Source: Rubripirellula sp. (GTDB lineage: Bacteria; Planctomycetota; Planctomycetia; Pirellulales; Pirellulaceae). From it: 64,000 nt of DNA. Below the pieces are notes generated by a model. It had not been told where the DNA came from and searched no databases. It saw nothing but the letters and a program-made list of their open reading frames with translations. Where the stretch lies: contig OZ244207.1 of NCBI GenBank assembly GCA_965216875.1, positions 8,064,001-8,128,000 of the forward strand, in the 5' to 3' direction. A program made the translations under genes and the position numbers. Positions within the stretch are counted from its first letter, which is position 1, and every line of letters starts with the position of its first letter. This document shows positions 30,282 through 39,417 of the stretch, piece by piece.

Positions 30282-30805
30282 TGAAAGGGCTTCGACGAAT
30301 TTATGCACGCGGAGTTTTCTATCCGACGCTGGCTTGGAACTACACGCTTGGACGGATCCTTAAAGTTCGCAATTGGTGGGACCGTGTTGATCCGCAGGTG
30401 ATCGTTGGTGCCTACCCGTTCGCGCGAGACGCTCAGGGCCTTTACGACGCGGGCGTTCGCGCTGTGGTCAACACTTGCGAAGAGTACGAAGGGCCACAGG
30501 AAGAGTACGAGCGATTGGGAATCGAACAGCTCAGGATTCCAACGACCGACTTTACCCACCCACGGTTGGAAGACGTTGCTGCTGCGGTCGAGTTCATCCA
30601 ACGGCACGTCGACGAAGGCCACACGGTCTACATCCATTGCAAAGCGGGCCGAGCGCGAAGTGCCACCGTTGCCCTCTGTTGGCTGATGAAGTACCGCGCG
30701 ATGACGATGGATGAAGGTCAAGCAAAACTGCTCGAGAAGCGGCCGCACGTGAACCCGCGACTGACTCAGCGCGAAGTGGTGCAGGACTACGCGGAAAGCT
30801 TGTAG
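30281..30805 (+). CDS. Dual-specificity phosphatase, PTPMT1-like (phosphatidylglycerophosphatase)
   Basis: ARGVFYPTL, WWDRVD..VIVGAYP, CEEYE, VYIHCKAGRARSAT (HCX5R). Confidence 0.88.
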   Translation: MKGLRRIYARGVFYPTLAWNYTLGRILKVRNWWDRVDPQVIVGAYPFARDAQGLYDAGVRAVVNTCEEYEGPQEEYERLGIEQLRIPTTDFTHPRLEDVAAAVEFIQRHVDEGHTVYIHCKAGRARSATVALCWLMKYRAMTMDEGQAKLLEKRPHVNPRLTQREVVQDYAESL

Positions 30806-31003
30806 GTGACACAACGTTCGTTGTGTCTAGGCTCCGGGCCCCAGGCTCTAGGCGGACGGGCTTTGGGTGGACGGGTGAAGATACTGGCTGAAGTTCGGTT
30901 CGGCGAACCGGCCTGTGGCGACGAAGTTCCGTTGGGAGTAAAACAAGTACTCGGGCAGAGTCTTTTCGAAAAACTATCTTTTCACCAGGCCTAGGGGCAG
31001 ACA

Positions 31004-32146
31004 ATGGATGGTGGTCGCAAGTTGTTGGCGTCGGCCGATGCGCGTGACGAGAGTTTGGCGTCTGTGTTGCAACTTGCGATGTTGCCAGGAATCGGACCGC
31101 GAACTCTCACTGCATTGCTCAGTGCATTCGGGGACGCACCTTCGGTGTTGCAATCCGATGCCCAGCAATTGCAACAGGTTAGCGGCGTCGGAGCGAAACT
31201 CGCTCACGTGATCACCACGGCGGCCCATCACGTGGATGTCGCGGAAGTGATCGACTGGTGCGACAAGCATGACGTTGAGATTGTCGCGCAAGGATCGCCG
31301 CACTATCCGGCTGGGCTCGCCGATTTGGTCGACGCGCCGCCCGTGCTTTTTGTTCGTGGTCGCTGGCGGCCGGAAGATCAATTGTGCGTGGCCATCGTTG
31401 GTACGCGGCATGCGACCTCCTACGGATTGAAGCAAGCCGAACGGTTTGGCTATAGCCTGGCAAAAGCAGGCGTGACGGTCGTCAGCGGCTTGGCTCGCGG
31501 GATCGACGCGGCGGCACACAACGCATCGATTGATGCGGGCGGTCGAACGATCGCCGTGCTTGGAAGCGGCTTGGCGCATCTGTACCCGCCTGAACACGCT
31601 GGATTGGCTGACGCGATCGCCGCTGATGGTGCAGTCATCAGCGAGTTCTCGCCGCTGGCCAAGCCGCGCAGTGGCATGTTTCCGCAACGCAATCGATTGA
31701 TCGCTTCGCTTTCGTTGGCGACCTTAGTTGTCGAGGCACCTGACCGCAGCGGCGCATTGATCACCGCGCGTTTGGCGGGCGAGCAGAACCGAGACGTGCT
31801 TGCTGTGCCTGGTGCCGTCACCAGCCGTGCGTCGCAAGGTTGCAACCAATTGATTCGCGATGGTGCGACGCTCGTCCGCTCGGTCGATGATGTTCTCGAA
31901 GCACTCGGGCCGCTCAGCGAACCGGTGGTGACCGATGATGGACACCAGGTTCACAGTCCGGCAGAGCTGCGTTTGAACGAATTGGAACGCAAGGTGCTCG
32001 ATGCGATTGAAGCGACCGCCACACCGATTGACCAAGTGATTCGCAAAACCGAGCTGGAAGCAAGTCGCGTCTTGGCAACGATCAGCGTTCTGGAAATGCG
32101 TCGCTTGTTGCGACGCCAAGGTGGTCAATACGTATCGCGAATCTAA
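31004..32146 (+). CDS. dprA: DNA-processing protein DprA/Smf
   Basis: AIVGTR, VVSGLARGIDAAAH, AVLGSG, FPQRNRLI, VVEA..RSGALITA, AVPG; C-terminal winged helix. Confidence 0.96.
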   Translation: MDGGRKLLASADARDESLASVLQLAMLPGIGPRTLTALLSAFGDAPSVLQSDAQQLQQVSGVGAKLAHVITTAAHHVDVAEVIDWCDKHDVEIVAQGSPHYPAGLADLVDAPPVLFVRGRWRPEDQLCVAIVGTRHATSYGLKQAERFGYSLAKAGVTVVSGLARGIDAAAHNASIDAGGRTIAVLGSGLAHLYPPEHAGLADAIAADGAVISEFSPLAKPRSGMFPQRNRLIASLSLATLVVEAPDRSGALITARLAGEQNRDVLAVPGAVTSRASQGCNQLIRDGATLVRSVDDVLEALGPLSEPVVTDDGHQVHSPAELRLNELERKVLDAIEATATPIDQVIRKTELEASRVLATISVLEMRRLLRRQGGQYVSRI

Positions 32147-32147
32147 C

Positions 32148-33083
32148 TCAAACGTCCGTCACGCGGCGACGAACTTTCTTGACCGGCTTGCGGTCAAAGT
32201 GCGGCGCGGGAATGACCTGATGGGGTGGGCTTGGCACTTCTCGCGACGCCGGCAACGCCTTGCTCGGCGATTCCGAATCGTAGTCCTCATCAAGTCCCGA
32301 TGTGGCATCGGCTGATGATCCCATGTCACCCAGATACTCTTCGCGTACTTTGGGATGTTGTTTGACTTCTTCCGGACTGCCGTCGATTAGCACCTGACCT
32401 TGGTAGATCACATAGCACCGGTCAACGGTATCAAGGATTTCGCGAGCCGCATGGTCAGTGATCAAGACACTGATGCCACTTTCTCGCAACTGTGCGATGA
32501 CCGATTGAATCGACTGGACGGTCACGGGATCGATACCGGCAAACGGTTCGTCGAGCATGACGATTTTGGGATCCGATACCAGACAACGTGCGATTTCAAG
32601 TCGTCGCCGTTCACCCCCACTGAGTCCCGCCGCCTTGCTCTTGCGGATGTGTGTGATGTTGAACTCTTCCAGCAACTGGTCGGTGCGCTCGTTGCGCCGT
32701 TTGCGGTCGAAGCCGAGCAGCTCGAGCAGCGACGAGATGTTCTGTTCGACGGTCAGCTTCTTGAAGACGCTCGGCTCTTGGGGCAAATATCCCATGTGAC
32801 CATCGCGGGCGCGGCGAAACATCGGCCAACTGGTGACGTCTTGCCCGTCAAGGTAGACGCGGCCGCGATCGGGTTCGACCATCCCGCAAATCATACGAAA
32901 GCTTGTCGATTTTCCCGCGCCATTGGGGCCCAGCAAGCCGACGATTTCAGATTCGTGGACGTGCAGGTTCACGCCGTCGACTACGCGCCGGCGTCCATAG
33001 GTCTTTTGAAGATCAACGGCCTGCAGGATCGGTCGATCGGTTTCGACTTGGTGATCAAAGGCGATGTTCGTTTGGGCATCCAT
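32148..33083 (-). CDS. lptB: LPS export ABC transporter ATP-binding protein
   Basis: GPNGAGKST, GYLPQEPSVFKKLTV, LSGGERRRLEIARCL, LDEPFAGIDP, ITDH. Start at ATG 33083. Confidence 0.93.
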   Translation of the reverse strand: MDAQTNIAFDHQVETDRPILQAVDLQKTYGRRRVVDGVNLHVHESEIVGLLGPNGAGKSTSFRMICGMVEPDRGRVYLDGQDVTSWPMFRRARDGHMGYLPQEPSVFKKLTVEQNISSLLELLGFDRKRRNERTDQLLEEFNITHIRKSKAAGLSGGERRRLEIARCLVSDPKIVMLDEPFAGIDPVTVQSIQSVIAQLRESGISVLITDHAAREILDTVDRCYVIYQGQVLIDGSPEEVKQHPKVREEYLGDMGSSADATSGLDEDYDSESPSKALPASREVPSPPHQVIPAPHFDRKPVKKVRRRVTDV

Positions 33084-33109
33084 GCCTGGCTTCTCATTCA
33101 AACGGGAGG

Positions 33110-35182
33110 TTAGTGAATGACCTTCATGCGTTTCACATTGGGTGTGAACGGAACAGGCCGCCACCACGAGTGAGGCCAAAAGACGACAAGCGCTTTGCCG
33201 ACCATCAGTTCTCGCGGCACATAAGACGCATCATTCCATTGATAGGCGAGCTTGTTGACTTCACGCGGAAGATACAGCGGAAGTTTGACGTTGGCCCAAC
33301 ACCGTGCGTCGAGGCTCTCTGGGGAATTGTCGCCCATCGGGAAATACTGCTGGTCCTGCAATGTGAACTCGACCGTTCGCCGTGCTTGCCAGCCTGTTTC
33401 GGGCCACAGTTCGGGCGAGCCGAACAGCTGCTGAATCATTGCGGGCGAACCGCTCGTGCCGGTGAGTCGACGCCACTTGGCGAAGTCGTAATCCGAAAGC
33501 GGGTTCAAGCCGCTCGTCTTGACGGCGATGTAGTACTTGTCGCGGTCGATTTGCAATCGGCGAATGGTTGCTTTCCCACCGCGAACGGCAACGCCGACGG
33601 GGGCGGCATCAAGCGGATGGTTGAGGTCGAATCGCGGTGTGTTTTCGTCATCGGGTCGAAAGACACGCGAGTCGAATGTGGTGGGCGAATCGAATTCGAC
33701 CAAGTCACCGTCGACCCAAAGCAACAACTGGTCATCGCAATTGCTGAATCGGATCTCATGACGGCTGCCGGCGCGAAGAGAGGTCGATGCCTTGGCTTCG
33801 GTTTTGCCGCCGTCAAACGCTCGCGCTTCTGTGTCAACCAACTGAAGTGTCGCGGTCCCGTCACTCAGGTCGACGCGGCACTGGTACATCACGCCCGACT
33901 CGACGAGTTCAAAAACGGCCTCTTTACATGCCGAGTCCGTTTCGACGTCGGCTTCAAGGATGAGGTCGCCGACCCAGTGAAGTCCGTCATTGGCGACGTT
34001 GTAACGTCCGTATTTCCAGCGGCCTGCGAACTGATCAAGTGAGCCGCCCGATTCGTAGCTCGGGTTGAACGTTCCGCCCGTGTCGCGTGAGAGCCCAGGG
34101 ATGCTTATCCCCAATCCGCCAACGGCAACAGGCGCGTCGTCGTACACGTTTGGCCAACCCACTTTGATGTAGGCGTTGTAAGAATAGAAGTCGCTGATCA
34201 ATCGACTGCTGTAAGGATTCACATGAGCCAAGGACATTCCTTGGTCGGCCGCTTCCCACTGCTCGGGGTTTGGCCAGCGGTGGTAATACCGAAGCCACTT
34301 CAATTCGTCGTCGCTCGTATCGACCGACGCGCTCAGGCCATCGGTTGATCTTTGGATCGACCACGAGCTTGGTGGAGGCTCGGTTGCGCCGGGACGCCAC
34401 GGTTGCCACCGACAGGGAAAGCCTGAGCTGATAAGCGTTTCGGATTGCTGGTCGCTGTTGTAAACCAGATGCCGCATTGCCAGCAGTGTGTCGGCGGGCT
34501 TGCGAAGGATTTGACTTGTGTTGGCGTCTTGTCCTGTCGGCCGCGCAAAAACATCACCATGCCGAATCGTAAGCGTTTCGTTTGGTAGGCCGACCAACCG
34601 CTTGATGTAGTTCTGTTTCGGATTGCCTGGGTACTTGAAGACAATCACATCCCAACGCTGTGGGTCTTTGAACGCGTAGCTGAACTTACTGACCAGAATC
34701 CGATCGCCATTGAACGTTTCGTGATCAGGATGACCTGCTAGATCAAGGTTGTTGATGTGCCGACAGTTTGGGCAAATCGTTGCGACGACGGTGTCGACAA
34801 CACCATCCTCGGATCGCTCGATGCTTGCACCACACTGAAAGCGTTGGTTGCATCGATCGCAGAAGACATCCTTGTGAGCCCCCATCAACGTCGGTGCCAT
34901 CGATCCCGTGGGGATCACAAAGGCTTCCGCCAAAAAGGCGCGAAAGAGTAGGGCCAAGATAAAGGCGACCACAAACGCCTCGACCGTTTCTCGCATGCCC
35001 TCGATGCGGTACTTCTCTGCACGGACTTCGGCCGGATCGCGTTTCTCCTCGGGTTTGTCATTTTCAGCTGCCTCCGAGGACGAATCCGATTTGCCTCGCT
35101 GGTCTTTGGCTCGCTTCTTGGCGTTCTTTTTTGATGGCTGGTTCACGTCAAATCTGCTCGGTAGCCTGGGAAATGCTGGCAA
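33110..35182 (-). CDS. lepB: Signal peptidase I (S26), long planctomycete type
   Basis: AFVIPTGSMAPTL (Ser), GDRILVSK, NYIKRLVGLP (Lys), MGDNSPESLDAR, VGKALVVFWP. Confidence 0.92.
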   Translation of the reverse strand: MPAFPRLPSRFDVNQPSKKNAKKRAKDQRGKSDSSSEAAENDKPEEKRDPAEVRAEKYRIEGMRETVEAFVVAFILALLFRAFLAEAFVIPTGSMAPTLMGAHKDVFCDRCNQRFQCGASIERSEDGVVDTVVATICPNCRHINNLDLAGHPDHETFNGDRILVSKFSYAFKDPQRWDVIVFKYPGNPKQNYIKRLVGLPNETLTIRHGDVFARPTGQDANTSQILRKPADTLLAMRHLVYNSDQQSETLISSGFPCRWQPWRPGATEPPPSSWSIQRSTDGLSASVDTSDDELKWLRYYHRWPNPEQWEAADQGMSLAHVNPYSSRLISDFYSYNAYIKVGWPNVYDDAPVAVGGLGISIPGLSRDTGGTFNPSYESGGSLDQFAGRWKYGRYNVANDGLHWVGDLILEADVETDSACKEAVFELVESGVMYQCRVDLSDGTATLQLVDTEARAFDGGKTEAKASTSLRAGSRHEIRFSNCDDQLLLWVDGDLVEFDSPTTFDSRVFRPDDENTPRFDLNHPLDAAPVGVAVRGGKATIRRLQIDRDKYYIAVKTSGLNPLSDYDFAKWRRLTGTSGSPAMIQQLFGSPELWPETGWQARRTVEFTLQDQQYFPMGDNSPESLDARCWANVKLPLYLPREVNKLAYQWNDASYVPRELMVGKALVVFWPHSWWRPVPFTPNVKRMKVIH

Positions 35183-35634
35183 AGCGGGGCGAAGCGGAAA
35201 TCGGACTGCATCCTAGCTGTTTTGCCCAGCCCCCGAAACTTTGATTCTGAAGGCATTGGAATCGCGGTTTGCTGCTGTATTTGCCACGGTCGGACGAAAG
35301 TTCAACCTGGCGGGAAGGGACCGATTCGGTGCGTGACTGCCGCAAATCGGTCTTTTCAGCTCTCATTTCGGATTTGGTGGGCGTTTCTTGGCCGCATCGG
35401 GGCTGCGATTGTGCGAAACACGCCCGCGCGGGCGCCACGCGAGGATTCTGGGCAGATTGCCACACTTCCCTGTCGTGAAGGGCTCTGCTCAGGTTACGAT
35501 TTTGGAAGGTTGTCTACAGGTTTTCACCCGGCCTCCGACGGCTCTCCTCACCAAATCGGCCGTCTTCGATCCCAATCGGTGGCGGCGATCAACCATCCGA
35601 AATATTTCGTTTCCAATCATTGCGAGTTTGGTCG

Positions 35635-37563
35635 ATGCATCGCGCGGAAAAGCGTCTCCATTGCTCAGTGTGGTTTGCCTGTCTTTTGATGGCAGCATTC
35701 TGCGCGGCAGGGTTTGTTCCTTCATCCCCTGTTTGGGCGGAGGATTCGGAGACGGAAGTCGATCCGCTTGAGGCTGAGCTTGAGAAGCTGATCGAGGGGT
35801 TAGGAAGTCCGAGCTATGCGACTCGGGTTCGTTGTCGCGAAAAGCTCGAACGCATGGGCCTTGCTGCCTTTGACGCACTGCATGATGCCCAAAATCACGT
35901 CGACCATGAAATTGTCATGGCGGCACACCAATTGGTAAGCAGTCTGTCGGTGAGTTGGGCCAAGGACACCGACCCGCCTGAAGTTCGCGCGGCACTCGAT
36001 GAATATGGTTCGCTTTCGGACGACGATCGTAGCAGCCGAATTGCGATGCTGGCTGAGTTCAAAGATCGAGTTGGCTTGACGGCGCTTGTGCGTGTCGCCC
36101 GTTACGAACGTCAGCCTTGGTTGAGCCGCAGTGCTGCGCTTGCGGTGATGCAGCAACCGATGTCCGACGACGAAGCCCTGCGGAAAAAACGTGCCGAGGG
36201 AGTGCGCGAGATTCTGGGCACCAATCGCCGACAGGCCTCCCAGTGGTTGCGAGTCTACGCGAGCGATTTGGCACTTGGTGGGTATTCCGCTTCGGAATGG
36301 AAGGAACTGATTCAGAGTCAACGAAAACAAATTGATTCAGGATCAGCGCAGGAGACGACTCGTCCTTCGGTTTTGGAACTCGTTCGGATCTGTGCCGTTC
36401 GCGCGGCGGAAACTGGACAGCACACCGCGGCGATGACGTTGGCACAAAACAACATCGATCTGATTCCGCCAACCACTCGTGATTTGATTGATGCCTCCAA
36501 TTGGTCCATCGACAACGACCTTCACCCCTTCGTGTTGGTGCTTAAGAAACATCATCAGCGGATGTTCCGACGACATCCGGAGTTGCTTTACGGAGCGGCC
36601 GAGGCAGCGAAGGTGGGCGGCGACGGCCAACGGGCGGACGAACTTGCGAAACAGGCAACGTCCGTGAACCCGTTGCCAACGGACGAGACGCAACGTGAGT
36701 CGATGTCGCCCAAGCGGCTTGAAGAGGCTGCGGATGCACATCGCGAGATTGGTCAAAAGCTACAAGAACGTGGATTGCTCTCCTGGGCCGAACGCGAGTA
36801 CCGATTGGTGATCGACACGATGGGGATCGATTCGACACCGGGCGCTTCGGCTCGCAACAATCTGGCGGTGATGCTCGGCGAATTGGAACGCTACGAAGAG
36901 GCGGTCGAAGTCTTGGAGCCGCTCGTCGATCGCATCACGAAGGATGACAAATTCAAAGCGAGGCTCGCCGAAATCTTGTATCCCTACGGAAATGTTCAAA
37001 GTCGCCAGGCCTACTACATCGGCCTTCTCAAGGTCAAACAAGGCGAAACGGAAGCGGCAAAAAGCGAATTGCAAAAAGCGTTTCGGATCAATCCTCGCAA
37101 CATCGATATCCTGATTGAAATGTATCGACTGGAAAGCGATGACGATTGGAACAAAACGGTGCGGTCAACGTTGCGACGCGCTATCCAAAGCAGCAAGTTG
37201 GAGGTCAAGTCGGCCGAGTTTCAGTATCGCCAGGCTGGGGCTGACGAGCGATCAACAAGAGAGTTGGCTGGGAGATTGAATCAGTACGCTTGGTTGGTTA
37301 GCAATACCGAAGGCGACTACCAGTTGGCGCTGGCGTACAGCAAGCGGTCGCTTGAGCTCTACACCGATGCTGCAAAATTGGACACCTGTGCTCGTTGCTA
37401 TTTCGCAGTCGGTGATTTCGAGAACGCTGTCCTCATGCAACGGCGTGCCCTAAAGATGGAACCGCACTCCCCGCCGATGAAGCGACAGCTCGCCCAGTTC
37501 AAAGCGAGTTTGGACAAGCAGAACGCTGAACAAGAGTCAGCGCTCAATAATGACTCGCCGTGA
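35635..37563 (+). CDS. Secreted HEAT/TPR-repeat protein
   Basis: Signal peptide; LIEGLGSPSYATR (HEAT-like); C-terminal TPRs LNQYAWL, LDTCARCYFAVGD. Confidence 0.8.
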   Translation: MHRAEKRLHCSVWFACLLMAAFCAAGFVPSSPVWAEDSETEVDPLEAELEKLIEGLGSPSYATRVRCREKLERMGLAAFDALHDAQNHVDHEIVMAAHQLVSSLSVSWAKDTDPPEVRAALDEYGSLSDDDRSSRIAMLAEFKDRVGLTALVRVARYERQPWLSRSAALAVMQQPMSDDEALRKKRAEGVREILGTNRRQASQWLRVYASDLALGGYSASEWKELIQSQRKQIDSGSAQETTRPSVLELVRICAVRAAETGQHTAAMTLAQNNIDLIPPTTRDLIDASNWSIDNDLHPFVLVLKKHHQRMFRRHPELLYGAAEAAKVGGDGQRADELAKQATSVNPLPTDETQRESMSPKRLEEAADAHREIGQKLQERGLLSWAEREYRLVIDTMGIDSTPGASARNNLAVMLGELERYEEAVEVLEPLVDRITKDDKFKARLAEILYPYGNVQSRQAYYIGLLKVKQGETEAAKSELQKAFRINPRNIDILIEMYRLESDDDWNKTVRSTLRRAIQSSKLEVKSAEFQYRQAGADERSTRELAGRLNQYAWLVSNTEGDYQLALAYSKRSLELYTDAAKLDTCARCYFAVGDFENAVLMQRRALKMEPHSPPMKRQLAQFKASLDKQNAEQESALNNDSP

Positions 37564-37780
37564 GCCGTACACGCTAGCGTCGGGCCTTACACACAACGTC
37601 GCTACGCTCGCCAGAGCGTGGTGATCTTGCAAAGCGGTCTACCGATGGAAACCACCTTCTGGCGAAGGTAGCTACGGGATGCGGTGAGGACGCGGAGCGT
37701 CCGAAGAATGCGTTACCACGCGGAGCGGGGTAACGAGGGCTGGCAGTTCTTAGTACCGAACTTTAGCCGGAATCTCCTCG
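37561..37780. repeat. Mosaic cluster of four REP-like hairpin families
   Basis: GAGCCG..CGCTAGCGTCGGGCC; CCACCTTCTGGCGAAGGTAGCTACG; CGTTACCACGCGGAGCGGGGTAACGAG; TAGTACCGAACTTTAGCCGGAATCT. All recur at 46709-47068. Confidence 0.85.
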
Positions 37781-37929
37781 CAAGCCGCCCAATGGTGACC
37801 AGCGGTAGAAAAACATGGTCAATATGTACCGAAATCGCGATGCATCGTACGACGATGCTGCGTCGCGGCGAGAAACGAGTACCATAGGGGAAGCTGCGGG
37901 TCACCCCTCCCTCCCTACCCCACTCTGTC

Positions 37930-39306
37930 ATGCTGAATTTGACGTCGCGCGGTTCGGCGCACACCTGTGATGGAACCACCCGCCGAGATTTCTTGCAAGT
38001 TGGAACGCTCGGTGCCATCGGTCTAGGCCTTCCTCAACTCCTCGCTGCGCGTGAACTCGGAACGGCCGATCCCGAGAAAGACAAACGCTCGTGCATCATG
38101 ATTTTTAATCTTGGTGCGCCCAGCCAACTCGATACGTTCGACATGAAGCCGAACGCACCGGCCGAGGTTCGTGGTCCATTCAAAGCGATTTCGACCAAAG
38201 GCGATTTTCAACTCTCTGAAATCTTGCCCAAGCATGCGGAGATCGCTGACAAGTTTTCGATTGTCCGCTCGTGCTATCACACGGCAGCTGCTGTCCACGA
38301 TGCAGGGTGGCAGATGTTGCAGACCGGGCGTCAATTCACTGGCGGAGTGAATTACCCACACGCGGGGGCAGTTTTGGAATACATGCGTGGCCGACGCAGC
38401 GACCTCCCGGCACACGTTGTGTTGCCCGAGACGATGGGCCGCGGTGGCGGTAACCTGCCCAACGGCCAAGCGGGCGGATTCCTCGGCAAATCGTACGATC
38501 CGTTTGCGCTGATGGCAGACCCCAGCAAAGAGAACTTCAAAGTCCCCGACTTGTTGCCACCGCCAACGTTGGGCGACGTTCGGATTGATCGCCGTCGACG
38601 CATGCGAGCGGCCATCGAAGGCCGAATGAAAGAGCTCGAGACGACCGAGTCGGCAAAGATGCTGGACAAGAATTTTGACGCTGCTTATCGCTTGATGAAC
38701 AGTGACCAAGCTCGTCAAGCATTCGATCTGTCCAAAGAACCCAAGTCCGTTCGTGAACGGTACGGGATGAACCGATTCGGGCAATGCTGTTTGCTTGCTC
38801 GTCGACTCATCGAAGCTGGCGTCCGCTTCGTCACGATCAATACGTTCTTGACCGTCTTCAACGAAGTGACCTGGGACATCCATGGCAGCAAGCCGTTCAC
38901 AACAATCGAAGGCATGAAGAACATTGTCGCACCGATGTATGACCAAGCCTATGCTGCGTTGATCGCTGACCTGCACGATCGCGGGATGCTCGACGACACG
39001 ATGGTTTGTGGATTGGCAGAATTCGGAAGAACACCCAAAGTCAATCCAGCGGGCGGCCGTGATCACTGGCCACAGTGTTTCTCGTGCACGTTTGCTGGCG
39101 GTGGTGTGCAGGGCGGACGAGCGATCGGCGCGAGTGATCCGATCGGCGCTGTACCGGCCGATCGACCAGCCAATCCCGGCGAAATCGTTGCCTCGATTTT
39201 CAAGAGTCTCGGGCTCGATTTGCATGCCGAATTGCCTGGCCCAGCGGGACGCCCCTTCCCGCTGGTTGATTTTGGTGTTCGCGAGATCAAAGAACTCTTC
39301 GCGTAG
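37930..39306 (+). CDS. DUF1501 domain protein (Tat-like signal)
   Basis: TRRDFLQVG, GAPSQLDTFDMKP, CLLARRLIEAGVRFV, WDIH, EFGRTP, GRDHWP. Confidence 0.93.
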   Translation: MLNLTSRGSAHTCDGTTRRDFLQVGTLGAIGLGLPQLLAARELGTADPEKDKRSCIMIFNLGAPSQLDTFDMKPNAPAEVRGPFKAISTKGDFQLSEILPKHAEIADKFSIVRSCYHTAAAVHDAGWQMLQTGRQFTGGVNYPHAGAVLEYMRGRRSDLPAHVVLPETMGRGGGNLPNGQAGGFLGKSYDPFALMADPSKENFKVPDLLPPPTLGDVRIDRRRRMRAAIEGRMKELETTESAKMLDKNFDAAYRLMNSDQARQAFDLSKEPKSVRERYGMNRFGQCCLLARRLIEAGVRFVTINTFLTVFNEVTWDIHGSKPFTTIEGMKNIVAPMYDQAYAALIADLHDRGMLDDTMVCGLAEFGRTPKVNPAGGRDHWPQCFSCTFAGGGVQGGRAIGASDPIGAVPADRPANPGEIVASIFKSLGLDLHAELPGPAGRPFPLVDFGVREIKELFA

Positions 39307-39417
39307 CCGATTGGATTTCCAATTCCCTCTGCGGGCTTAAGACCCGACTCTCCCCGACGGAGAGCGTCATGCTGTGCGCAGCAACCTACAAAACACTGTC
39401 TTTCGATTGATCGTGAT

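Noticed and set aside
28728..39225. Long antisense ORFs (e.g. 28728..29870, 32903..34042, 38023..39225)
   Set aside because: They shadow well-supported genes on the opposite strand, as expected in GC-rich coding DNA, and show no motifs.
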